NCBI RefSeq assembly: GCF_004010195.1
Contig: NC_057731.1
Span: 17,884,720-17,948,719 of the forward strand
Direction of reading: 5' to 3'
Length of the DNA stretch: 64,000 nucleotides
Source of the DNA: Chiloscyllium plagiosum
Lineage: Eukaryota
A program made the translations under genes and the position numbers. The notes under the pieces are model-generated. The model was not told the origin of the DNA and searched no databases. It saw only the letters and a list, made by a program, of their open reading frames with translations. This document shows positions 37,561 through 50,840 of this stretch, piece by piece (positions within the stretch are counted from its first letter, which is position 1; each line of letters starts with the position of its first letter).

Positions 37561-39099
37561 TACCACCATGAGGCAGCAGTCCTTCCCACACCCTATCAAA
37601 CAAGAAACTGAGGAACAGTAACACAAAGAGAAGGAGGGGAGGACAGAGGCAAGGTGCAGGCATAAAGACAGGAAGTCAAAGGGAAGGCTGCACCTCAGCA
37701 GCCCCTTCTGCCTGAACTGAACATGAACACCCTCTTCAAGTGTAACATCAGTCATTTTATCCCAATTCCCCATTCACCAACAATCCGACGATATTTATTT
37801 TCTATCTGTGAAAATCCATTTCATCATTCTGTTGGTAACAATACAAAAATAAAAGCCTGCCTGCAATATAGATTCAAAGTGAGATTTATACATTCACTCA
37901 TGCTATATTGCACACAAAATTAAACACTTCATCCTGTGCATTTCCTAAGTGCTTGTTTTATCAGTGCCTTTGGCCCACGCTGTGTTCTTATGAAATGTAT
38001 AAGAGCATAAGAACATAAGAGAAATAAGAGCAGGAATAGGTCACATGGCCCCTTAAACCTGCTCTGCCATTAATAAAATCATGGCTGATCTTTTTTTTGT
38101 GGATTCAGCACCACTTACCTGTCTGCTCACTGTAATTCTTAATTCCTTTACTTTTAAAAAATCTACCTACGTTTGCCTTAAGAACATTCAACGAGTTAGC
38201 CTCAAATGTTTCACTGGGCAGGGAATTCCACAGATTCACAACCCTTTGGGCAAAGAAGTTCCTCCTCAACTCAGTCCTAAAGCTACTCCCCTTATTTTGA
38301 GGCTATGCCCCCCTAGTTGTAATTGGAAGCTACTGAGTTTGGAGTTGGAGCATTTTCCCATGATCTTGTAGATGACATACAGCAGCAAAATATCTGGTTT
38401 CAGGCTGGACCCCATCTTGGCATGGATGGCAATAGTCTGGTCTGGGGTTGGCTGACAGGCAACAAGTGCATTGGAGGGCCTGTGCAGTTGGGATCACATC
38501 CAACCAGAGAGAGGGCAGTAGGTTCATGCTCCAAGAATTGACAGTCATTCCCTCTGGTTAGTACTTCGGTAGTCCTAATATGTTCCTAGAGAACAGATTG
38601 ATTTACTCTAGGATTCACATCCATGCCAGTAGCAGTCTGAAATTCAACTGCAGAACTCAGATCACCTGGCAGCTGCTGCTACAATTTTGGAAGCTGCGAC
38701 GTCAGATGCAGTGGCAAGGATAGGGTCTGATAAGTGCTGCAAATGTTGGACTTCAAGCTCCACACAAAGTTCTGTGCCCACTTCCTGCCAGACAACTCCG
38801 TGCTCTTTGATATTGAACACAGACCTTGTGGCAGGCTAACCACATATAATTTGTGCAGAATTGTGAAATCAGGTGATGGTGTCTTTTCATTATCACTATG
38901 GTCTTGGCCCTCTTTCAATGAGGATTGCTGCCTGTATTAGCAAAATGCTTAGGTATCTGAAAGGCATAAGATATAAGTAGGAAAATGAAAATAGGTGTAT
39001 GTGTACACCTGTATGTTCCAGTATGAGGAGGGATGTGGGATGAGAGAAAAAGGATCATGTGTGAGAATACTGTCATCTTCGTAAGATTCAATCCAAGTA

Positions 39100-39600
39100 A
39101 CAGAGCTTCCCATAATGGATAGCATTAATTCTTACTTAGCGTCAGAACATTAGTCATGTGACCTCCCACACTTTGATTAGCTCCAGTCAGCTGTTAGCAT
39201 GCAGCATTTTCTGTTGCAAGAAAGTGAAGTGTAATAATGAGAGTGATGTTTGGACAATATGATTGTCATGGTTGAATAGTGGGGTGTGTGAGGTGTGAAA
39301 TGTAGGCTTCAGACTTGCAATTAAGTCTGTGAAGGTGAGGGAAAGCATGTATATGTTGTGCATAAGTTGGTAGGATAAAGGCACAGGTATATTTACTGAC
39401 CTTAATTAGCCATGTAACTTTAAACCTTTCACAATATCATACCCTTGAGACAAATCTAGTGGCATTGATCTCAGCAAATAGTTTTTCCCGCTGTCTTTTC
39501 TTCACATGTTTGGAGGTTCCACCGTGGACAAAGACATGTCTTCTCCTTTGCTCCTCCTCCAACAAGGACTCCAATGTAGTTGCAATACCATTGTACATGT
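39100..39600 (-). pseudogene. Decayed Myb/SANT-like Harbinger accessory gene
   Basis: Minus strand gives TLESLLEEEQRRRHVF...EINATRFVSRV..CERF, then a donor-like aaggtcagt, then a probable next exon remnant (~39230-39110). Convergent with the transposase. Confidence 0.5.
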
Positions 39601-41265
39601 TTCCTTTCATCGCCTACCATTTGTTCCACAACATCTCTAAAGTTCTTGGGGTCATGGTGAACCTTTCCTTTAAGTAGGGTAAGCAAGCTCTAAGTGGAGC
39701 TAGGAAGTAACAAAGTGGGCCCTCTGCTGAAGCATGCAGGTTATGAACAGTACAATGTAAGCTTTACACAGAAAGCATTATAATCAGCAAGCAGCTAAAA
39801 GGATGTTGTCTGCATTACACTGAATTGGGGTGGGACAATTGAACATCACAATCCCCAGGCTAGGAAACAGCTGTTTCAGGGGCTGTCCAATTTAAATCCT
39901 TTCTCTTTTGTCAACTAGAATTACACTGGGGAAATTACTATGACTTTAAACTGTAATAAATGCAAGTTTAGTTGTTTGGAAGATGATGGCAAAGTCATAT
40001 CCTATTTGTAGGCTGCAGGCCAAATGCTTTGTTTGGCAAGCCAACCAGCTATCTGTTTATACGTTGTCAAGCATTAATTGGATATGTAAAATCTGACTGA
40101 GGTGTTGATTGGTATTTAATTCATCTAGCACTATGGCATTTCAACAGCTTAAGCATGATTCTGAAATCATTGAAATCCATTTTGATACTGTTGCTTCATT
40201 ACAACGGTTATATTTTCTTTTATACCATTTGGATTATAGAAAAAGAGACTTAACAGCCAAGCCTGTTTCTATTTAACTATCTGATTATGTGAGGGAGAGC
40301 CCCATAATAGATCCCATGATGCTCGTTTCTCATGCGATCCTTTGAAAGACAAACTAATAACCAAAGAGAACTGATTAAGAATATTATTGCTTTGAAACGG
40401 ATAATATGAAAGTAAATACAATGCTTGTTGTGTCCATATTTCTCCAGGGCAATCAGGGATGGGCAATAATGGCTGACCTCGTCAGTGACACCCACATTCC
40501 AAGAATAGCTTCCTTTCTCTGGACTGTTACCACATCCACAGATCCAAACATTCTCTGTGGTCACAAACGTTTAGACAGATTTCTCACTCCCATGACCCAA
40601 TGCTTGGGAGTGCAGCTCCACTGTTGCTCAGTCTGCATTATGCTTTGGCTACAGTACTCCGGGCATCCTAGAATCTACATCACACTTCTGCTAAAGCTTG
40701 AGCTCTCAATCCAGTGAACTGTCAGAATCTGGATTACAAATTATAAATTTCAGTTTCACACCCAATGGGATGTTAAATCAATATCTCCAAATAATATTAC
40801 TTGCCAATAACACTCTTAAAATGCTGACTTGCTTTGCCATCTGACATTTAAGTCCAATATTACTGCTTCGCCACCTAATATTGCCATCTATTATTTCTGT
40901 TTTACACGTTGTGCAAGGTAAGATCCAGTCGTTAGTCTTTTTTGCCTGTTTATATACTCGCTTTAAAGGGGAGAGGATATTATGGCCGTAACATTGGAGA
41001 AAAGATTTGTTCGAATCCATCCTTATGAGATTATTTGTTTTTCCATTACAAGGAAGCTGCTTAAACTGCTGAACTAAGCAGTAAACAGCAAATAGATTCT
41101 CGGTTATCATTTGTTGTGTTAACAAATCTTTGATCTGTAATTACATACTGCAAACCATATCATATGTGTTCATTTGGCAGACTTGATAACTCAAGGTGGC
41201 CCAACAAGAAGCTACAAACTTTAACCTGAACCAGCAATGAATTTGATTTTGTTTTATTTCTTTAG

Positions 41266-41376
41266 GTGCAGAAGATGATTCAATCAAATTTGCCATTACC
41301 TGCACCGGTGGTAACTATTTCCCAGTATGCATGTCAGAGGAGATCAACCCTCAATAATAGAAACAAAATATTTACG
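41266..41376 (+). CDS. DNTT: TdT coding exon (exon 3 equivalent), BRCT-catalytic linker
   Basis: Polypyrimidine tract plus tttag|GTG; donor ACG|gtaatg; 111 nt, phase 0/0. VQKMIQSNLPLPAPVVTISQYACQRRSTLNNRNKIFT contains the TdT/Pol mu motif ISQYACQRR.TLNN.N..FT. Too short to be in the ORF track. Confidence 0.95.
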
Positions 41377-41879
41377 GTAATGCTTTAAGTAGAATTTTTG
41401 AAATAAATCTTATTTTTGGCTTTGGCGTGTAGTTCAAACCTGTGGAAGAATTTACAAACTTTGATATTTTGTTAAAGCACTGGTGCTCAGTATGATACAT
41501 AGGGAACCTCTGACTGTCAGGTGCACTTCGTTCACGGACAATTTACTCATCTCAAAATTCATCCAAACTCATCCTTGCTCAACCTATGGAAGATATTGGT
41601 CTCTGTAGCCAATTGTTTTCTGGGTATCATAAGGCTTCAGAAATGACTAAATGGGGTCCAAGATGAGTATATGCACTGCAGTGAAGAGTGCAGCATAAGC
41701 CATGCTTGTAAAGGGATTTGCATGCGTGTACCCAATGCCTGTTGGCAGTGCACAGAACAGTCAGATCGTGTCTTTGGTGTGGAGCACTGACTTAACACCA
41801 CTTCCCATGAAGGAGCTCCAAGCTCTAGACTGTGCTCCCTGAGTATAATCTTAAATAGCATGAAGGACTTCTCACCATT

Positions 41880-42288
41880 GAGTCATAGCTGAGTACAGTA
41901 CGGAAACAAACCCTTCAGTCCAACTCGTCCAGGCTGACCAGATATCCTAAATTATTCTCGTTCCATTTGCTAGTACTTGGTCCACATTCCTCTAAACCCC
42001 TCCTATTCATATATTCATCCAGATGCCTTTTAAATGTCGTAATTTTACCAGCCTCCTCCAATTCCTCTGGCAGCTCATTCTATACATACACCACCCTCTG
42101 CGTGAAAGAAATTGCCCCTTAGGTCCCTTTTAAATCTTTCCCCTCTGACCTTAAACCTCTGACCTTAAACCTCTGGACTCCCCCCACCCCAGGGAAAAGA
42201 TCTTGTCTATTTACCCTATCCATGCCCCTCATGATTTTACAAACCTCTATAAGGTCAGCCCTGACCCACTGACGCTCCTGGGAAAACA
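41880..42288 (-). mobile_element. CR1 3' fragment
   Basis: Homologous to the first part of 56268-57140. Confidence 0.8.
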
Positions 42289-42320
42289 ACACTATTTAAA
42301 CCGACCATAACCTACTTGCA

Positions 42321-42544
42321 CTGAAAACAACAAATGCTGGAGATCACAGCAGATCAGGCAGCATCCATGGACAGACAGTAAATTAATATTTTGAGTCTGC
42401 TAATGTTTCGCTTTGAGATGACTCTTAGCAGACTCAAAATGTTAGCTTGCTCTCTCTCCATGGATGCTATCTGACCCACTGTGATCTCTGGCATCTGTTG
42501 CTTTCAGTACAGATTCGAGCATCTTCAGTAATTTGCTCCTAAAC
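42321..42544. mobile_element. Hairpin insertion of a PLE 3' end
   Basis: 12-bp TSD aacctacttgca at 42309-42320 and 42545-42556; arms at ~42321-42403 and ~42426-42508. Confidence 0.8.
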
Positions 42545-45500
42545 AACCTACTTGCAATTCAGTTACTACTTGTTTTTCTGGTACATGCTGCATTTCTACA
42601 TATTTTGGATGTTTCTCAAAATCGTTAATATTTTCAATAGTTTACAATGAATGATCTGACTGGTGTGGAGGTACTTTGTTGTTCTCTTAACAGTTTATAT
42701 GTAAGCTATTTGTTTCTAGATATGGGTGGAACTCATTTTTTGGTATTGAGCATGATAGGGAGAATGAGCAAAGGTCACACAGAGCTGGACATGTCGCTGG
42801 AGGAGGAAGGAGGTAATCCTGTGTGACTGCCATGAGTTGACACCTTTAATATTCCTTGTCCCAGGCCTGACTCTAGCATTCTTGAGCATGCAGCCCCATG
42901 TGTAGGTCCCATCTCTAATGCTGTTAAATATCTTACATGCAGAGTCAGTATTGGAGCTGATGTATACAACTGTGAAAATGTCTTACTTTCATTATTACTT
43001 TCCTCTTGTTCTTCCCTGACCAATTGCACAGATTCTAGCTTTAAGTACCTAAAATGAAGAAGGGGAAAGGATTGAGGTGTGATAAGAGGAGAAGAGAAAG
43101 TCAGTAGTGGATCCTTACATATCTGCACTTTATAGACCAGAATAGATTGAGGTATGAAGAAAAGTTTTAGATATGCAAAGGAGGGTAAAAATTGCAGATA
43201 TTCTCCTGTTCAGTTGTTTTATCCCTGCTAGTGGTCACTGCATTCTCATAATGGCCAATACTGTCTCCTTCATGGCACTCAAAACATATAGTCATGTCTC
43301 TTGACATTTGGTTAATTCCTGTTTTGCCAACACCTTCTGCAAGGAAGTAGTAAGTGTGCTAGTGAGTGTCATAAGAATGGTGAATGTGGCTGTCATGATT
43401 GAATTGCTGGTGGTGTATACAAGCAATGTAGATTTGGGGTTTCGAGCAATGTTATATTCATGTGGATGGGATGAAGCAAATGAATGGTGCATATGAGTCC
43501 TGTTTGACAGAGATCATTCAACTGCTGACAATATATTGACTTGAGCAATTAATGAGGCCCTAGTGGTGAAGATGGTAGAATGTGGTATGGGAACATACAC
43601 TCACTGACAATGAAAGTCATTAACTTCTTCCTCTACTGTAATCAGGCACTTTGAACTGCTCTTAGCATTGATGTCCTTCTCTACATCTTGCTAAAGCCTT
43701 TTTATTTCTAACATTCGAGGATTCAGGGCATCTCTGCTTTCTGTCTCTTCCACCAAGTTCTCCAATCTGATAATCTAATGCTTATTTCATGGTGCAGCAC
43801 CACCAGCAGTCACAAGGCATCTCTTCTGTGAGAGGTGTAGTGCCCAGGGTTTGACCTCTTTCAAGAATAGTGGTCTACACTGAACGCAATCTACTTTCTC
43901 AATGCAAGAATATCATACCTGCTCCAGAAATAGAATTTCAAAGATAGCCCAGCTTACAGTATGGTTACCCTGATAGACTGCTCACCAAATTGAGACTAAA
44001 AATGTCTATCAACATTTGCTACAGGATTCAAAACAACCCACAAACAATACACAATGCTATGACTTGTAAAGTTGCCAGATACCAGAAGTTAAAAGGCAAA
44101 GCACTGCATGTGTATACAACAAAAGAACAACAAGAAATAAAGTAAGAATAAAAAAATGCTGGAACACCCTAAGCAGATTAGGTGGTATCTATGGAGAGAA
44201 ACATTTCAGGTCAATTACCTTTTCTGAGAACTGAAGAGAAACAGAAATGGAAAGGTTTTTAAGCCAATGGAGTGGCCTAAGGGGCAGGAAGAACTTTACT
44301 GTCTTCAGGTCATATGCCAATTATTCTGCACGAGTGAGGAAAGACTGTCCATCGGTATATTGCATCGTGTTTGTGATCCTCTTATTGTAGCTGAATGGTT
44401 AGAAACAAACTGAAGCTGCTAAATGTGACTTTGAAACTGTGTTTGGTACGTGAGGCTGAGGTGCAGTCTCTGAATGTTAGACTTGCCTGCTGAAGAGTGA
44501 GTGGTGATTTGGTGAATTGAGCTATGGGAGTTTATTGATGCAAAGTGAAGGAGATGACTTTCGAACGTGCATTCACTGCTCTTAACCGGTCACGTGAGCA
44601 TACCCTTGTTACAGCACATCAGCCATATCCTTGGGGCCTGACTCCTTGGAGCTGACCTCCTTGGTCAGCTGCTCCCATTCTCTTCAGTGCACTTGCACGG
44701 GGACAATCCCAGCCTTCTGCAGCCAGATGATCTCTCACCTTACTTTCACATCTTGGACTTATACCTCCAGCATTGCATTAGAGAAGCAGGGAGCCCACCT
44801 TTTGGCCTGTTGCTCCGCTGGCAATCTTCTTCCATCTCAGAAACATTTTTGGATGTGGTTCTACCCTTTGCAGAAGTAGAGATACCTTTAAGAATTGTAG
44901 GCTAGTATGTTAGGCATGCATACATCTGAGTTTGTCGCCAGCCAGTACACACCATTTCACTGAGTAGAACATCATTTGCATGCCGCATATGTCACCCTGC
45001 TTGGGTATGGGGTAATCAAGCATGGCAATCTATATGCCTGCTAATGGACCTCATTGGCATTTTTTCCCCATGGGTTTTATTTTATGTTGAACGCAATACC
45101 TTTTGCAGTTCATTTTATGGAATGTTTGCTCAAAGGTGAAGTTGAAGAAGCCAGACACCAAGTGAGAATGCTAACTGCAATTAATATGATGAATGTACTA
45201 CGTTTTTCATCAAATGCGGAGTGTGAGACAACTTTTTGCACTCCCAGTGCGCGACACGCTTCAGCATGTTAGAAAAACTCATCAACACTGTTATTTATTT
45301 CCTCTTTTCTTTTGTGCAATCTGCATGCTGGGTTACATTTCAGAATACATTTAGTACCGCTTATACATGCCAAGAAAAGGTGCTGTAAGATCCTGCAGTC
45401 ATAAAATATGGCAAGTAATTACCGGATCAAATATCAGCTGTCATTGTTTGCACATCTAGTGAAGACTGTAGTTGGCATGTAAATGCAAATGCAGAACTTA

Positions 45501-46489
45501 AATCGGAAGCCTAAAATTCCAATTACATTCAAGTAAAGGAGGAACAATACCTCGGTTTAATTTAAGATTGAGTGCACTTCTTACAAAATGTTCCTCAAAC
45601 TTCTCATATGTTTGAGCTCCAGTTAAATATTAAGGATGATCAATGATGTGTAACAATGTCGCTGATCATCTTGCCATGGCCTGAGGCAAAGGATGTCATG
45701 TTAATCTTCAAGGAAACAGTAAGGTTGGGTCAGCTGAGATCTTAAAATGTAAAAAATGTCAAACACGCACCAATCACCAAATCTCCCAGTGATCACAAAA
45801 TCCCCACCCCAGCCTTAACTGAACTCTGTCCCACTCCATCCCTCCACCAGTATGGTCACTGGGCACCCCAACGGTTAACCTCTATGGCTATCACACAAGC
45901 CAGCTGCCATCATCATCATGACTGGCCATCCCCTCCAAGCATTCATCCCTGTAACCACATTACCCTAAATGCCCCCGATCCTTGCTGCCCCCCTTAACAC
46001 TAATGACTCCTTCACCATCACTATGCCCTCCAAAATGTGTCGAAATAGGGTATTAGGCAGTGAACAGAGGTTGCAGATACACAAACCTCTAAATGTAGTA
46101 GCAACAAATTAAATTTATGTGATGCCTTTAATACAATAAAATGGTCCAAGACATTTTAGAAGAACATTATAAAAGAAATATTGAGTCACATTAGGGAATG
46201 TTAAGTCAGATTACCAAACATTTGGCCAAAGAGGTAACTTATAAGGAGTATCTTAAAGGAGGTAAGTTAGGGAAAGAGCTGGAGACATGTATTGCAGAAC
46301 GTTCATCCTGGGCAAATCAAGATATAACCTTCAGTGGTGAAGTAATTCAAATCAGGGATATATAACAAGCAAGACCTGGAGCAGTTCGGATTGGAGCATT
46401 CTTGGGCTGAAGGAAATGTCTTTTAATTCTGCACTGACCCATAAGAGGAAACATAATTGCCGTGTCCACTTATTTAAAACTGCTCGTAA

Positions 46490-47830
46490 GCCCATAAGAA
46501 ATAGGAACAGGGTCGGCTGTTTAGCTCTTGGACCCTGCTCTGCCATTCCAGAGGATCATTGCTGATCTAACATTCCTTATGTCCACTTACCCACTAACCC
46601 TTGATCCTCCTACTGATCAAGAATCTATACATCTCGTCCTTAAATAAAGACAAGGTCTCTGTTCCCACAGCCTTCTATGGCAACGAGTTCCAAAGCCTCT
46701 AAACCCACTGAGAGAAGAAACTCTTTCTCATATCAACCTTAAATTAGCACCTCTTTATTCTGAGACTTTGTCCTCTTTCCTGGACTCCCCCATAAATGGA
46801 AACAATCTGTCAGCATTTCAAGTCCTTAAAGAATCTGATACGTTTCAATGAGATCACCTATCATTCTTCTAAACTCCAGCGAGTGGAATCCCAACCTCTT
46901 TAACCTTATAAGACAATATCTCCATTCCAGGCATCATCCTAGTTAACTTTCTCTGAACTGCCTCCAATTAAACAATATCTTAAACAAGGGGACCAAAGCT
47001 GCTTTTAGAGTCGAGATGTGATCCCCCAAGCACCTTGTACAGTTATAGTAAAGCTTTCCTACTCTGATGTTCCTTTCCCCAGGAAATAAGGGCAGACATT
47101 CTATTAATCTGATTACCTGTTGTACCTGTGTCCTAGCTTTCATGCATGAGTACCCTCAGCTCCCTTAGCATTGGAGCTTTCTGCAATTTTTCTCCATTTA
47201 ACTAGTAATGTTCTTTTGTTCTCTCCTCCAAAATGAACAAGTTCACATTTTCCTATATTATACTCCATTTGCCAACTTGTTACCCTCTCACTTAACCTAT
47301 CAAGATCTCTCTGTAGCTCCCTTTTGCAATTTGCCTTTCCACTTATTTTTGATCATCTGCAAATTTGGCCAGAAGACATTTGCTTTCTTCCTCGAGGACA
47401 TTAACATATATTGCATACAGTTTCAATCAGAATCTTTTTTTTACATTGAGACACCCCACACTCTTCTGAACTCCATTGTAAACAAACCCAATCTGTCCAA
47501 CCTTTCCTCATAAGACAACCCACTCTTTCCATGTTTCAATCTAGTAAACCTCCTCTGAACTGCCTCCACTGTGTTTACATCTTTCCTTAAGTAAGGAGAA
47601 CAAAACTGTACACTGTATTCAAATGTGATCTGAATAACAGAAGCATAAAATCCTTACATTTATGTTCAATTCCTCTTGTGATAAATGATAGCATTCTGTT
47701 AGCCTTTTAAATTATTGCTGTACCTGCAAACTAATGTTTTGTGAGCCATGCAGAGCAACTAGATCCCTCAGCACCTCAAATTCTGCAGTCATTCTGCTGG
47801 TAATGCTCTGCCCTTTTATTCTTTCTAATT
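46490..47830 (-). mobile_element. Older CR1 3' fragments (two pieces)
   Basis: (cataagaa)-type tail at 46492-46510 and decayed RT C-terminus. Confidence 0.7.
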
Positions 47831-48485
47831 TAAGGGGATAGCCAACGTTTCTCCTGCATGAGAAGAGAGTGTTAGTTGTTTAGCAAGTGGATTGTGAGGT
47901 GTTGGCATGGACTATGCACCAATTAATGAAGATTGATAATTAACAGCTAAACTTTGAATAAATTTTAAACCAGGTAAGTTGACTGATTGGTCAGGACATA
48001 GCCCTGAAAAATAAACCTGTGAAAAACTGTCATCTATCTTGTTGCATTGAAATAAACTAAGTGTGTGTCAATATCCTTTTTGTCACTAAGCGTATTAATT
48101 TATGTAGCTTCCAGTTCATGCATCATGCTGCAAACCAAACTGACAATCTTAAATTGTTTGTCATTTTAGTTGTTAACATTCAGGATTATCTACTAAATGT
48201 TGTCCAGTTGCAGAATCACATCAAATACTGTGTTGTGGGTTGATTTGGTCTAGTCCTTACCTTGCTTGTTGTGAACAACCAAAGAGATATGTTGTCAGAT
48301 GTGATTTGCTATATTTTGGGGATATGTAGTCTACATAACTGGCACCACGCTGGCACTGATATTTACAATACACATTAATGATTGTGTGATTGGTAGAAAA
48401 TACATTTCTCTTGATGGCAGCATCCTCTGATTGGGAAGAACTACTTGTGTTTTTGCCACATAGAATCACTAGTTTCATCTTTTAT

Positions 48486-50840
48486 AGAGTCATAGAGTAA
48501 TACAGCATGGAAACAGTCTCTTCATTCCAACCAGTTCATGCCAAACATAATACCAAACTAAACTAGTCCCACCTGTCTGCTCATGCCCCTTATCCCTCCA
48601 AACCTTTCCTCTTCGTGTATCTATCCAAATGTCTTTTAAATGTTGTAATTGTGCCAACATACACCACTTCCTCTGAAAGTTCATTCCACAAGGGAACCAC
48701 CCTGTGTACAACATTTGCTTCTCATGATTTTTTAAAATCTCTCTCTTCTCATCTTAAAAATGTGCCCCCTAGTCTTGAGATTCCCCCTCCTAGGGAAAAG
48801 ACAAATGCCATTCACTCTATCTATATCTTTCCTTATTTTATAACCTTCTATCAGGCCGCTTCTCAACCACTTATGCTGCAGTGAAAAACCCCAGCCTATC
48901 TAGTCTTTCTTTATAACGCAAACCTTCCATACCTGGCAACATCCTGTTAAATTTCTTCAGAACCCTCTCCAACTTAATAATATCCTTCCTATAACTGGGC
49001 AACCAGAACTTGTCACAGTACTCTATAAGAGGCCTCACCAATGTGTTGTACAGCCTCAACATGTCTTTCCAACTCCTATACTCAAAGAACTGAGCAATGA
49101 AGGCAAGCATGCCATATGCCTTTTTAACCACCCTTTCTACATGTGATGCAAATTTCAAAGAATTATGTACTTGTACTTCTACAGCACTACCCAAGGAGAA
49201 AGTGGGGGCTGCAGATGCTGGAGATCACATTGAAAAAGTGTGGCGCTAGAAAAGCACAGTGGGACAGGCAGTATCTGAGGAGGAGGAGAGTCGACGTTTT
49301 GGGGGTATGGGGGGGGGCTTGAAGTTATAATCAAGGACAGAATGACTAAGCAGTTTGGGCATGGGAATTGAACAACATGAAATTATAAATTGCTGGCCAT
49401 ATTTGATGAATACTAGTTTTCTTTGTTAGGTTAGTAACAATGTTTGGCAGGGGACTTCCAATGGAGATCAGGAGTGTGATGCTGGAAAGCACAGTCAGGC
49501 AGGCAGCATCCGAGGAGCAGAAGAGTCGATGTTTTGAGCATAAACTCTTCATCAGGAATGGGGGAAGGGGCAAGAGAGCTGAGAGATAAATCAGAAGTGG
49601 GGGTGAGGGTGGGAGTGGGGTTGAGCTGGGGGGAAGGTAACTAGGAAGGTGATAGGTAGATGATGGTGGGGGTTGATGGTGATAGGTTGGAGCAGAGGGT
49701 GGAGTGAATAGGGGGGAAATAGGATGGACAGGTAGGACAGTTCAAGAGACTGATGCCGTGTTAGAAGGTTGGCACTGGTATTAGATGGAGGGAGGGGAGA
49801 TTAAATTGGTGAAATTGACATTGATTCTGTGTGGTTGGAGGGACGTCCTGAACAAACCCACTGTCCTGTGGCCGAACACATCACTCTCCCCACCCCCACA
49901 ATGCCAAGGACATGCAATTCCTAAGCGTCCTCCACCACCAAATCCCCGTCACCCGGTCCCTAGAGGAGTAACACCTCATCTTCCACCTTGGGACCCTCCA
50001 ACCACACAGAATCAATGTCAAATTCACCAGTTTCCTCTTGAACTGTCCTACCTGTCCAGCTTCCTTCCCACCTATCCACTCCACCCTCTCCTCTGACATA
50101 TCACCCCCCCCACCTTCATCTACCTATCGCCTTCCTAGCTACCTTCCCCCCAGCCCCACCACTCTCCCATTTATCTCTCAGCCACCTTGCCTTCCCCCTC
50201 CAACAATCCCCACATTCCTGATGAAGGGCTTATGTCCAAAACATCGACACTTCTGCTCCTCGGATGCTGCCTGACCTGCTCTACTTTTCCAGTACCACAC
50301 TTCTGAATACTGCCCAAGGCCCTACCATTAATTGTATAAGCTCTACCCTTGTTTGTTGCAATGTTTTGCATTTATCCAGATTGAACTCCATCTGCTATTT
50401 TTCAGTCCATTGACCCATTTGATCAAGATCCCTTTGTAATCTTAGACAATAAATTTTGGTGTCATCCACAACCTTACTAACCATGCCATCTATATTCTCA
50501 TTAAAATCATGTATATAAATGACAAACAAAAGAGGACCCAGAACTGATCCCTGTGGTACATCACTGGCTACAGGCCTCCAGTCCCAAAAGTAATACTCCA
50601 CCATCACTCTCTGTCTTCCGCTGTTAAGCCAAGTATCCAATTGGCATGTTCACCCTGAATCCCAAAGGCTTTACAAAGATCCAAATAAACAATGTCTACT
50701 GCTCTGCCAACATTAATCTTTTGATAACTTCCTCATAAGACTCAATCAAGCCTGTGAAACATGCTATTCCTCGCACAAAACTCTAAACGTCCATAAATCT
50801 TATCTTTTCTAATCACCTCAAATAATTTACCTACAACCTT
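48486..50840 (-). mobile_element. CR1 fragment interrupted by a PLE composite
   Basis: VPQGSVLGPLLFVIYI (50395-50640) and LVRPLIEYCDKFW (48871-49194); (ctatga) tail at ~48486. Confidence 0.85.
49197..50308. mobile_element. Composite fold-back PLE insertion with HHR-like motifs (49523-49559 -, 50214-50250 +)
   Basis: TSD act(a/g)cccaagg at 49186-49196 and 50309-50319. Minus-strand 3' ends at 49197-49300 and 49462-49842; plus-strand EN-3' end at ~49845-50302. Confidence 0.8.
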
